Assembly: GCA_965248355.1 (NCBI GenBank)
Contig: OZ252098.1
Location: forward strand, 4,832,001 to 4,896,000
Length of the DNA: 64,000 nucleotides
Source: Candidatus Latescibacterota bacterium
GTDB lineage: Bacteria; Latescibacterota; UBA2968; UBA8231
Reading direction: 5' to 3'
The position numbers and the translations under genes are program-made. This document shows positions 22,258-30,994 of this stretch, in pieces (the stretch's first letter is position 1; each line of letters starts with the position of its first letter). A model generated the notes under the pieces. That model was not told the origin of the DNA. It did not search any database and saw nothing but the letters and a program-made list of their open reading frames with translations.

Positions 22258-23642
22258 ATGGAAACGATGAGAGGCCCCAACATCCTGCTTCTGATGACGG
22301 ACCAGCAGCGCTGGGACGCGATGGGTTGCAGCGGCGGCCGGGTGCGGACGCCGAACCTGGACCGCATCGCCGCGGAAGGGGTCCGCTTCAGCAACTGCGT
22401 CGCCACCTCGCCGGTCTGCATCCCCACGCGCCTCAGCCTGGCTACGGGCCTGTATCCCCACAACACCGGCGTCTGGAACAACATGCAGCACCAGATGCCC
22501 GCCGATGCGCCGACGTGGATGCAGGCGGTGCGCGACGCCGGTTACCGGACCAGCCTCTTCGGCAAGACCCACCTCCACCCGCACAACGGGGACCTGCGCG
22601 ACCGCGAGGGCCTCATGAATGCCTACGGGCTGGACGATGTGAACGAGATCGGCGGACCCGGGCGAGCGCCAGGGCTCTGTCCCACATGACCGCGGAGTGG
22701 GAGGCGAAGGGCCTGTGGGATGCCTACCGCGCCGACTACCGCGAACGGTTCCGTACGAAGCCGCATCTCGTGCGCCCGTCGGCCCTGGGACTCGAGGACT
22801 ACGCCGATGTCTACGTGGGACAGCAGGCGAAGCGATACCTCGTGGACTATGATCGGCAGGAGCCGTGGTGCTGCTGGGTGAGCTTCGGCGGACCCCATGA
22901 GCCGTGGGACACACCGGAGCCCTACGCCAGCATGTACGACCCGGAAGAGATGCCGCCGGCCATACCGCGCCCGCCCGCCGGGGAACGTCCCCGCGGACAC
23001 CTGGACAGCCACATGGAGCGGATGAACCCGGCCTTCGAGCCAGGTGAGGTCGGCAGGCTCCGCGCCAACTACGCGGGCAACGTCACCCTCATCGATGACC
23101 AGATCGGCGAGATCCTCGACACGATCGAGGCGCGGGGTGAGCTCGACAACACCATCATCGTCCACACCTCCGATCACGGCGAGATGAACGGCGACTACGG
23201 CCTCATCTACAAGAGCAACTTCCTCAACGGCGCCGTGCGCATCCCGCTGCTCGTGCGAACTCCGGACCGCACCAACGCGGGGAGTCTCTGCGACAGCCCG
23301 GTCGAGTGGATCGACATCGGTCCAACCCTCGTCGAGCTGGCAGGCGGAGAGCTGGCCCATCGCCAGTTCGGGGAATCACTGTGCGATGTGCTGGAAGAAC
23401 CCGGGACGATCCACCGCGACTTCGCGATCTCCGAGATCCAGGGCGAGATCATGCTGCTGAACCAGGAGTGGAAGACCGCCCTCAACACGGAGGGAGAAGT
23501 CTACCTGCTCTTCGACGTGCGGGAGGATCCGGATGAGACCCGGAACCTCGCCGGCCGGCCCGAAGTGGCGGAGATCGAGACGGCCCTGCGCCTGCGGATC
23601 CTGGAGCGGCTTGTGCAGACGCAGCTGAGAAAGCCGCGATGA
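22258..23642 (+). CDS. Formylglycine-dependent sulfatase (choline-sulfatase-like), frameshifted near 22657-22662
   Basis: PNILLLMTDQQR, SPVCIPTR (CxPxR) and GKTHL in the first ORF; GPHEPW and TSDHGEM in the second. One added base in a C/G run joins them. Confidence 0.9.
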
Positions 23643-23771
23643 GCGACGTCGTCCGAATGGCCCACGTCGGGGCGCAGCGAACGCAGGAGCCTGGCCATCG
23701 TGCAGGCGGGGTACGAGTCGGCCCGCAGCGGCGAGGTCATCGCCCTGCGGGAGAGGTTCGGGGAGCTGTGA
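23639..23771 (+). pseudogene. Gfo/Idh/MocA oxidoreductase remnant with only the first and last codons left
   Basis: ATGA-coupled start MSDVVRMAHVGA followed, out of frame, by RRSLAIVQAGYESARSGEVIALRERFGEL*, a typical Gfo/Idh/MocA C-terminus. Confidence 0.6.
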
Positions 23772-24249
23772 GTCCCTTCTCCATGACGATGATGTCGCGT
23801 GTCACGCCGGAGGGAAGCCTGTCCGGAGATCGGCTCACCTCGCTGTAGCCGCGGGCGCGGTAGAACAGAGGGGCGGCCACGTTGTACTCCGTGTAACGCA
23901 GTCGGGAGATCGCGTGGCCGGCGCGGCGGATCTCCTCCTCACAGACCTGCAGAAGAAGACTCCCGATGCCTCGTCTCTGGAAGGACGGATGGACCCAGAG
24001 ATCGGCGACTTCCCGGCCATCGGCATGGGACAAGCCAAGGAGTCGGGATCGGTGCTCCGCGACGGTGACCTGCCGCCAGATCTGCGGATACCGCTTGCTC
24101 TCGTAGTCTCCCTCCAGCCAATCGCGCACCGCCTCGATCGGTGCCAGCTCGCAGTTCCCGGAGAGCCAGGACCGTTGTGCCAGGTCGATGAGGGCCGGGA
24201 TGTCCGATTCGACGGCGCGGCGGGTCTGGACGGGAAGTCTCCCCGCCAT
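23737..24249 (-). CDS. GNAT-family N-acetyltransferase
   Basis: LWVHPSFQRRGIGSLLL...N..A..FYRARGY. Confidence 0.88.
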   Translation of the reverse strand: MAGRLPVQTRRAVESDIPALIDLAQRSWLSGNCELAPIEAVRDWLEGDYESKRYPQIWRQVTVAEHRSRLLGLSHADGREVADLWVHPSFQRRGIGSLLLQVCEEEIRRAGHAISRLRYTEYNVAAPLFYRARGYSEVSRSPDRLPSGVTRDIIVMEKGLTAPRTSPAGR

Positions 24250-24251
24250 CG

Positions 24252-25169
24252 TCACTCCCCGTCGAGCAGTCCGAGCTGCTGCGCCAGCTCGCGCAGCTCC
24301 CGCTGCAACCACTCCGGCGCGTTGAGATACGGGGGCCGCACCAGCGGCGAATCGAAGAGCCCCTTCCAGTGGAGGAGGTGCTTGCACACCGAGAAGGCGT
24401 AGGGGTCCGGCGTGCAGTAGGCGATCATGGGCAGCATGCGCTGGTAGAACAGGTGCCGGGCGTCGTCCCAGGCGCCGGCCTCCACCAGCCGGTGCAGCTC
24501 CACCTCGCGGTCGGGCATGACGGCGGCGCTGCCGGCGACGACGCCGTCGCTGCCGGAGACGTAGGCCGGGAGCGAGAAGGCGTCCCAGCCGCAGATGTAG
24601 GTCGCCTCGGGGGCGGCGGCCTTGAGCTGGTCGAAGGAGTAGACGTTGCCGCTCACCTTGACGGTCATGATCCGCTCGATGCCGGCCACCAGCGGCAGCA
24701 CTTCGCCGGCCACGTCGAGGGTGCCTTCGTTGGTCTGGTCATAGAGCATCACCGGGATCCGTTCGGCGATCTGGCCGAAGAAGCCGTGCAGATCCGCCTT
24801 GGTCAGCTTCTTGGCCATGGCGAAGTCGGCGCCGCACCGGGCCGCCAACTCCGCCGCGGGCAGACCGCCGTCCTCCTCGACGCTGATGATGCCCATGCCC
24901 ACGGGGACGCGGCCGTCCACGTGCTCAAGCACCGTGGCCAGCACCTCCTCGATCTCCTCGAGGGTCTGCCCCTCGAACTCGCCCGCCTTGCCGCAGGCGA
25001 CCACCGCCGACACCTCGGACTCCAGCACGTAGTCGAGCTGGCGGCGCATGCTCGCGGCGTCGAACCGCCTTCCGTCGTCGGTGAACGGGGTGAAGAGGAG
25101 TGTCACCACCCCCTTGAGCACGGCGCCGCTGTCGACGCTGCGCAACCCCGCCGCCGCTGTCGCTGCCAT
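24252..25169 (-). CDS. DHDPS/N-acetylneuraminate-lyase-family aldolase
   Basis: GVVTLLFTPF, CGKAGEF, PVMLYD and Schiff-base Lys in TVKVSG; strong GAGGAGG RBS. Confidence 0.85.
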   Translation of the reverse strand: MAATAAAGLRSVDSGAVLKGVVTLLFTPFTDDGRRFDAASMRRQLDYVLESEVSAVVACGKAGEFEGQTLEEIEEVLATVLEHVDGRVPVGMGIISVEEDGGLPAAELAARCGADFAMAKKLTKADLHGFFGQIAERIPVMLYDQTNEGTLDVAGEVLPLVAGIERIMTVKVSGNVYSFDQLKAAAPEATYICGWDAFSLPAYVSGSDGVVAGSAAVMPDREVELHRLVEAGAWDDARHLFYQRMLPMIAYCTPDPYAFSVCKHLLHWKGLFDSPLVRPPYLNAPEWLQRELRELAQQLGLLDGE

Positions 25170-25235
25170 GTAGTCCCCTCCTCCTCTTCCGAGAATCGCC
25201 GCCTGTGGCTCAGGGCGCCGCCCCGCTGTCGCCGC

Positions 25236-26368
25236 TAGTGTCGCGTCCGGCAAATGAGTTGTAAAAACAGAGTCAAGGCCTTATCTTCAGGCCATGGCCC
25301 GCCCGGTGTCCCGCCTTGAGTTGACCGCGTCCGAGCGACAGGAGTTGGAGCGTCGCGTCAGGGCCCCCTCCGCGTCCCAGCGCGACAGCCTGCGCGCGGC
25401 CATCGTCCTGCGCCGGGCCGAAGGGATCAAGCAGGTGCAGGTGGCCGCCGAGTTGGGCGCCAGTGTGGCGTGTGTGAACAAGTGGTCGCAACGCTTTGAT
25501 CGCGAGGGTTTGGCGGGACTGAACGACGCCAAGGGCCGGGGCCGGCCGGCGAGCTTGCCGGCGGACAAGGTCGAGCAGGTCCTCACCGCGGTCACGCAGC
25601 CGCCGAAGCCGCGCACGCGCTGGAGCGTGCGCTCGATGGGGAAGGCCAACGACATCAAGCCCCATTTGACCAAGACCTTCAAGGTCTCCACGGACCCGCA
25701 CTTCGAGGAAAAATTCTGGGACGTGATCGGGCTCTACCTGGATCCCCCCGAGCGCGCGCTGGTGCTGTGCTGTGACGAGAAGAGCCAGTGCCAGGCGCTG
25801 GAACGGACCCAGCCGGGCTTGCCGCTGGGGATCGGCGACATCCGCACCCGGACCCACGATTACAAGCGCCACGGTACGATCACCTTGTTCGCCGCGCTCA
25901 ACTACCTCGACGGCAAGCTCATCGCGCGTCTGGAGGCGCGTCATACCCACGTCGAATGGCTCCGCTTTCTCAAGCAGATCGACCGCGAGACGCCCAAGAA
26001 CCTGTCGCTGCACCTGATCGTGGACAACGCCGGCCCCCACAAGGAGGAGAGCGTGCAGCATTGGTTGTCTCGGCATCGGCGCTTCCATGTCCATTTCACC
26101 CCCACCAGTTCCTCCTGGATGAACTTGGTCGAACGGTTCTTCGGCGAGCTGACGCAGGATGTGATTCGGGACGGCAGCTTTGCCAGCGTCGGGGAGTTGG
26201 TGCGCGACATCGAAGCCTACTTGGCGCAGCGGAACTTGGCCCCCAAACCCTACCGCTGGAAGGCCGACGGCGAGACCATCCTGCGCAAGATCCAGCGCGC
26301 TCGGGAGACGGTGGCGGCGACATCGGACAGCCCTTGTTGATTCTTCTTAATTCTCGGACGGGACACTA
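25236..26368 (+). mobile_element. IS630-family insertion sequence with TA target duplication
   Basis: Left end TAGTGTCGCGTCCGGCAAATGAG; right end reverse complement TAGTGTCCCGTCCGAGAATTAAG. Both ends sit in a CTAG context, typical of IS630. Confidence 0.92.
25294..26340 (+). CDS. IS630-family transposase (DDE), probably with a short in-frame deletion in the second HTH
   Basis: CDEKSQCQALER, THDYKRHGT, LIVDN and FTPTSSSWMNLVERFF motifs. Confidence 0.93.
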   Translation: MARPVSRLELTASERQELERRVRAPSASQRDSLRAAIVLRRAEGIKQVQVAAELGASVACVNKWSQRFDREGLAGLNDAKGRGRPASLPADKVEQVLTAVTQPPKPRTRWSVRSMGKANDIKPHLTKTFKVSTDPHFEEKFWDVIGLYLDPPERALVLCCDEKSQCQALERTQPGLPLGIGDIRTRTHDYKRHGTITLFAALNYLDGKLIARLEARHTHVEWLRFLKQIDRETPKNLSLHLIVDNAGPHKEESVQHWLSRHRRFHVHFTPTSSSWMNLVERFFGELTQDVIRDGSFASVGELVRDIEAYLAQRNLAPKPYRWKADGETILRKIQRARETVAATSDSPC

Positions 26369-26466
26369 GCGGGTCACACTGCCTGCGGGCCGGAAACCTG
26401 TCAAGCCGGCGCGCCCGTTGGGGCGGGTACACCGCGCCCGTCCCGCGAGAACCGTCCGGCGGCCGC

Positions 26467-27873
26467 TCATGGCCGGCCCGCCGGCTCACCGGTCTCGCGC
26501 TGGCCGGCGAGGGAGTCGCATTGCGCGCGGGTCGGTTCGCCGCCGGGCCAGCGGGCGCCGGGGCGGGCCGGGGCCATCAACGGCTTCAGGCTCTCCAGGA
26601 ACCGCGGCGCCAGGCCTTCTCCCGCTCCCGAGATGCGCGCCGCCAGGTGGGCCGCCCCCACGTTGGAGTAGGAGTTGCCGTACCCCGAGAACCCGGCCAT
26701 GCCGTGGATGCGCCGCTCCGGGTCGAAGACGCCGATCGCCGGCAGGCCGTCGAAGGTGAAGGACTGCAGGCCGCCCCAGCGGTGGGTCACGGGCGCGTCG
26801 GCCAGGTGGGGGAAGATCTCGCCGAGGCGCGCATGGAGGCGCCGCTGGTGGGCCACCGTGGGGCGGAAGCCGGCGCTGGCGATGCGCCGGCTGCGGCGGC
26901 CGTCGGCCCCGTACTGCGGGAACAGGCTGTCCGGTTCGTCACGGGAGCGGCCGCCGCCGAAGAGCAGGCGGTAGCGGCCGTCGGCCTCGCGGATCTCGCG
27001 CCACCACGCCGCGCCGGCGGCAAAGCATCCGCGGCAGGGGCGCTCGTCGAGGGGGGCGGTGACCAGGACCTGCCCGCGCTCGGCGCGCAGGGTGGAGGTC
27101 AGCGCCGGCAGAAGCTGCGGCACCAGGGCGTTGGTGGCCACGCACAAGTGGTCGGCCCTCACGCTCCCGCGGGTTGTGCGCACCAGGTGCGCGTCCCCGT
27201 CGGGCGATTCGATTCCCACGACGGGCGACTCCTCGAAGATCCGCACCCTCGGGGAACGGGCCACGGCGGCGCCCAGCCCGACCACGAAGCGGCCGGAGTG
27301 GAACTGGGCGTCGCGGCGGAAGCGGATGCCGCCGGCGAACAGGGGGTTGCCGGTGACGGCGCGGGCCTCCGCCGCGTCGAGGCAGTCGGCGGCGAAGCCG
27401 TCTTCCGTCATCATGTCGGCGTCGCGCCGCAGTCCCGCCAGCGTCTGCTCGTGGTTCGCCTGGTCGCCCCGCACCAGCAGGGTCTCGCCGAGCACCTCGT
27501 AGTCGCAGGCGATCCCGTGGCGCGCGATCTGCTCTTCCAGCAGCTCCTGGTTGTGGTGGCAGAGCTCGACGAGGCCGCGGGCCACGGCGCGGGAACGGGC
27601 GGCGGCCAGGTCGGCGTAGGAGACGGGCAGACCGGTGACGATGCAGCCCTGGTTGCGGGAGGAGGCGCCCTCGCCCACCCGCTTCGCTTCCACCACGACG
27701 CAGCTCAGTCCTTGCGCGGCGAGGTAGTCGGCCAGCTTGAGGCCGGCGATGCCGGCGCCGATGATCGCCGCGTCGGCGCGCGTGTCTGTGTCCAGCGCCG
27801 GGTAGCGCGGACGTTCGATGTCCAGCCAGTAGGGCAGGCCGTAGCCGGTCAGATCGATGGCGCTCTGAGGCAT
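26467..27873 (-). CDS. FAD-dependent oxidoreductase (DAO/PuuB-like)
   Basis: IIGAGIAG, GASSRNQG, ATNA and WGG...FTFDGLPAIG...GFSGYG motifs. Confidence 0.9.
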   Translation of the reverse strand: MPQSAIDLTGYGLPYWLDIERPRYPALDTDTRADAAIIGAGIAGLKLADYLAAQGLSCVVVEAKRVGEGASSRNQGCIVTGLPVSYADLAAARSRAVARGLVELCHHNQELLEEQIARHGIACDYEVLGETLLVRGDQANHEQTLAGLRRDADMMTEDGFAADCLDAAEARAVTGNPLFAGGIRFRRDAQFHSGRFVVGLGAAVARSPRVRIFEESPVVGIESPDGDAHLVRTTRGSVRADHLCVATNALVPQLLPALTSTLRAERGQVLVTAPLDERPCRGCFAAGAAWWREIREADGRYRLLFGGGRSRDEPDSLFPQYGADGRRSRRIASAGFRPTVAHQRRLHARLGEIFPHLADAPVTHRWGGLQSFTFDGLPAIGVFDPERRIHGMAGFSGYGNSYSNVGAAHLAARISGAGEGLAPRFLESLKPLMAPARPGARWPGGEPTRAQCDSLAGQRETGEPAGRP

Positions 27874-28925
27874 CAGCTCACATCTCGCAGTCGCACGGCG
27901 CGGATCTCGCAGTCGCCGTCCACAAAGTCTGTATGGAATACGCACAGCAACTGGCCGTCCGTTAGACGCACCAAGCTCGGATAGCCGCAGGCGGCGGCCC
28001 AACCCTCATAGGGACCCGGCGACCGGTAGAGCATCCCCTGGAAATGCCATGAACCGCCGCCGTCCCGGCTCGCGCTGCAGCCGATGCCGGGGCGGTCCTC
28101 GGCCATGTCGCGGTACACGCAGATGACGGCGCGGCGCAGGGCGAAGAGGCGCGGGCAGTGGCCGTGGAACCCGGTCGCCGTCAGGGGGGTCCAGCTCCGG
28201 CCCCCATCCTCCGAGTAGCACTGGTAGGAGGCGAAGGGAGGCGCGTCGGTGCGCAGCACGGTGAGCAGCCGCCCGTCGGGCAGGGGCAGGGTGTCGGGCT
28301 CCCGCAACTCCAGAGTGGCGTCGTCGCTCAGCAGGACCCGCTCCGACCAGGTCTCGCCACGGTCCCGGGAGAAGGCGACCGCCGCCAGGTTCGGGGCCCC
28401 CGGCGCATCGCTGCCCTGGAAACCCAGCAGCAGGCGGCCGTCCGGCAGCCCGCGCACGACCCCCTGGCCGTAGGGCTCGCTGAAAGAGGCGAAGACCCGG
28501 ATCTCGGGCCCGGGCGGGTCCCAGGTGCGGCCGCCGTCGCGTGATCTGACGGCGTAGGTGTGGAAGCGGTCGGTGTTCCAGCGCGCCTTGCCGGCGAGCA
28601 TCAGCAGCGCGCCGTCGTCGAGGTGCAGCAGCCGCTGCGCGCCGAACCAGTCCCAGCCCGGCTCCGCCAGCAGCGGCACCGGCTCCTCCCAGGTCTCCCC
28701 GCCGTCCGCCGAGCGCGTGGCCACCAGGGCGCCGTGGGGTTCCTGGAACATGTCGCGGCCCACCCGCCAGGCCACGAAGAGGCTGCCGTCGTCCAGCGCC
28801 GCGGCTCCCGCCCGCGAGCGATGGCGCCGGCCGCCGCCGCCGGCCACCACGACCTCGCCCGTGACCTCGAGCACCGCATGGGCGGGTCCGGGCTGCTGGC
28901 GGGAGGCGGGATCGGGCCCTGGCAT
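27873..28925 (-). CDS. BNR/Asp-box sialidase-family protein
   Basis: Repeated S.DGG.TW Asp-boxes; C-terminal CGYPSLVRL.DG. Confidence 0.85.
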   Translation of the reverse strand: MPGPDPASRQQPGPAHAVLEVTGEVVVAGGGGRRHRSRAGAAALDDGSLFVAWRVGRDMFQEPHGALVATRSADGGETWEEPVPLLAEPGWDWFGAQRLLHLDDGALLMLAGKARWNTDRFHTYAVRSRDGGRTWDPPGPEIRVFASFSEPYGQGVVRGLPDGRLLLGFQGSDAPGAPNLAAVAFSRDRGETWSERVLLSDDATLELREPDTLPLPDGRLLTVLRTDAPPFASYQCYSEDGGRSWTPLTATGFHGHCPRLFALRRAVICVYRDMAEDRPGIGCSASRDGGGSWHFQGMLYRSPGPYEGWAAACGYPSLVRLTDGQLLCVFHTDFVDGDCEIRAVRLRDVS

Positions 28926-28941
28926 GGACGGCGGCCCCGCG

Positions 28942-30111
28942 CTATCCCAGGGCCTGCGCCAGCGCCATGTAGAACCGCGCCGCCGCCGCCACCGCGCTCA
29001 GCGTCGTGTGCTCGTCCACCTGGTGCGCCAGCCGCTCGTCGCCCGGCCCGAAGATGAGCGTCGGCACGCCGAGGGCGGGGGTGAGCACGGAGGCATCGGA
29101 GAAGTAGCTGACGCCGCGCGGCTCCGGAGTCCCGCCGAGCACCTGGCCGGCCACTGCCAGGGCGGTGCCCACCAGCGGCTCCCGCTCCGGCGTGTCGATG
29201 GGCGGCCGGTCGGCGACCACCCGCACCTGCGCCGTCACCCCCGCCTCGGCGGCCCCGGCGCCGGCCAGGCCGCGCACCTCGCGCAGCAGGTCGGCGTGGT
29301 CCTGTCCGGGGACGCTGCGAAGATCCGCCGTCAGGACGCACCGGTCGGCCACGACGTTGACCTTCGTCCCGCCCTCGATGGTCCCGAGGTTGACGGTGGG
29401 CGGACCCAGCAGTGGGTGCGGCCGGTGATCGGGTTGATACGTCTGCAGCCGTTCGATGATCCGGCCCATGCCGCTGATGGCGTTGCGGCCCTGGTCCGGC
29501 ATCGAGCCGTGGGCGGCCCGGCCGGCGGTGGCGATCTCCAGCCACAGGGCTCCCTTGTGGGCGGTCACCACCTGCAGGCGGGTGGGCTCGCCCACCACCA
29601 GGGCGCCCACCGGACCGAGACCGCGTTCGGCCAGCCGCTGCGCGCCGCAGCAGTCCACCTCCTCGCCGGCGGTGCCGGCGAAGATCAGGTCGCGCTTCAG
29701 GCGCACGCCGGATCGCGCCATGGCGGCGCAGGCCATGGCCATGGCGGCGACGCCGCCCTTCATGTCGACGCTGCCGCGGCCGTGCAGCACGTCCCCCTCC
29801 ACAATGGCCGCGTGCGGGTCGTGACGCCACTGCTCCCGCTGCACGGGAACGGTGTCGAGGTGGCCGTTGAGCAGCAGGGCGGGTTCCCCTCCGCTGCCGC
29901 GCCATCGCGCCACCACGTTGGCGCGGCCCTCGGCGAAGCGGTCCAGCTCCACCTCGAGCCCGGCCGCCTGCAGCCACTCGCCAAGCAACTCGGCCACCGG
30001 CCCTTCCCGCCCCGGCGGATTGCAGCTGTCGATGCGGATGAGCCGGCGCAGCAGGTCGCCCAGCTCGGCGGATGTGTTGCAGGCGTCCTGGATACCGGTA
30101 CCCCTCCCCAA
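28942..30111 (-). CDS. M20-family metallopeptidase (ArgE/DapE-like); start codon uncertain
   Basis: NGHLDTVP, GRGSVDMKGG, GEEVD, VGEPT and AHQVDE motifs. Confidence 0.92.
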   Translation of the reverse strand: MGRGTGIQDACNTSAELGDLLRRLIRIDSCNPPGREGPVAELLGEWLQAAGLEVELDRFAEGRANVVARWRGSGGEPALLLNGHLDTVPVQREQWRHDPHAAIVEGDVLHGRGSVDMKGGVAAMAMACAAMARSGVRLKRDLIFAGTAGEEVDCCGAQRLAERGLGPVGALVVGEPTRLQVVTAHKGALWLEIATAGRAAHGSMPDQGRNAISGMGRIIERLQTYQPDHRPHPLLGPPTVNLGTIEGGTKVNVVADRCVLTADLRSVPGQDHADLLREVRGLAGAGAAEAGVTAQVRVVADRPPIDTPEREPLVGTALAVAGQVLGGTPEPRGVSYFSDASVLTPALGVPTLIFGPGDERLAHQVDEHTTLSAVAAAARFYMALAQALG

Positions 30112-30186
30112 CGGGTGATTGCGCCGCCTCGACCAACGAGCGTCAGCCCGGCTCGTCTGTCAAGGAGTACGGGTCGAAGGCGGCCC

Positions 30187-30978
30187 TCAAGCCCTCCGCG
30201 CTATCCAGACCTGCTCGCCGCCATGGTGGAAGGGTCCGCGCTCGAAGCCGCCGTACAGCGCCTCGACCGCAAACCCGCTCAGTTCGAGGAGATGCTCCAT
30301 CTCGTAGCGGTAGATCCAGCGCAGGGAGAGCGGCGCATGGGTCCTGGTTACGACCTGCCCCGCCTCCAGCTCCTCGAGGATCCGCTCCTCCTCGATCGTC
30401 TGGTTCGCCGCGTCGTAGCGGCGCCTGACCCACTCGACCACCTGGCGGCCCGTCTCCGGATGGGTGAGCTCGCGCTCCTTCTCCAGGGGGTGGCCGCGAT
30501 GTCCGAGATGGGAGGCGATCATGTCCAGCCGGGGGTCGAAGATGTTGAACACGAGGCGGCCGTCGTCGGCCAGGTGCTCGCGGATGCGGCCCAGGGCCTG
30601 GCGCTGGTCGGCCGGGGTCATCAGGTGCAGGAATGATCGGAATGGGATGATGACGAGGTCGAAAAGCCGGTCGAGGGAGAACGAGCGCATGTCGCCCTCC
30701 ACCAGCTCGATGCGCTGCCGAGTCGTCTCGGGGAGCCTGGCGATCTTCTTCCGGGCCGTGGCGAGCATCGCCGGCGACTTGTCCAGCCCCACCACCGTCA
30801 CTCCGGCATGGGCGGCCGGTATCAGGACGCGCCCGGTGCCGCAGGCCAGATCCAGGACCGGCGACCCGGCCTTGCGCGCCTCCTCCACATAGAAGGCCAC
30901 GTCGCCGCGCTCGCCCTCCAGGTCCGCCCGCCCGAAGGTGTGGTCGTAGAGATCGGCGGCTACGTGGTAGAAGTCCAT
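30187..30978 (-). CDS. Class I SAM-dependent methyltransferase
   Basis: VLDLACGTGR, GLDKSPAML and GDMRSF motifs. Confidence 0.92.
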   Translation of the reverse strand: MDFYHVAADLYDHTFGRADLEGERGDVAFYVEEARKAGSPVLDLACGTGRVLIPAAHAGVTVVGLDKSPAMLATARKKIARLPETTRQRIELVEGDMRSFSLDRLFDLVIIPFRSFLHLMTPADQRQALGRIREHLADDGRLVFNIFDPRLDMIASHLGHRGHPLEKERELTHPETGRQVVEWVRRRYDAANQTIEEERILEELEAGQVVTRTHAPLSLRWIYRYEMEHLLELSGFAVEALYGGFERGPFHHGGEQVWIARRA

Positions 30979-30994
30979 GCCTTCACCCTGCCTT

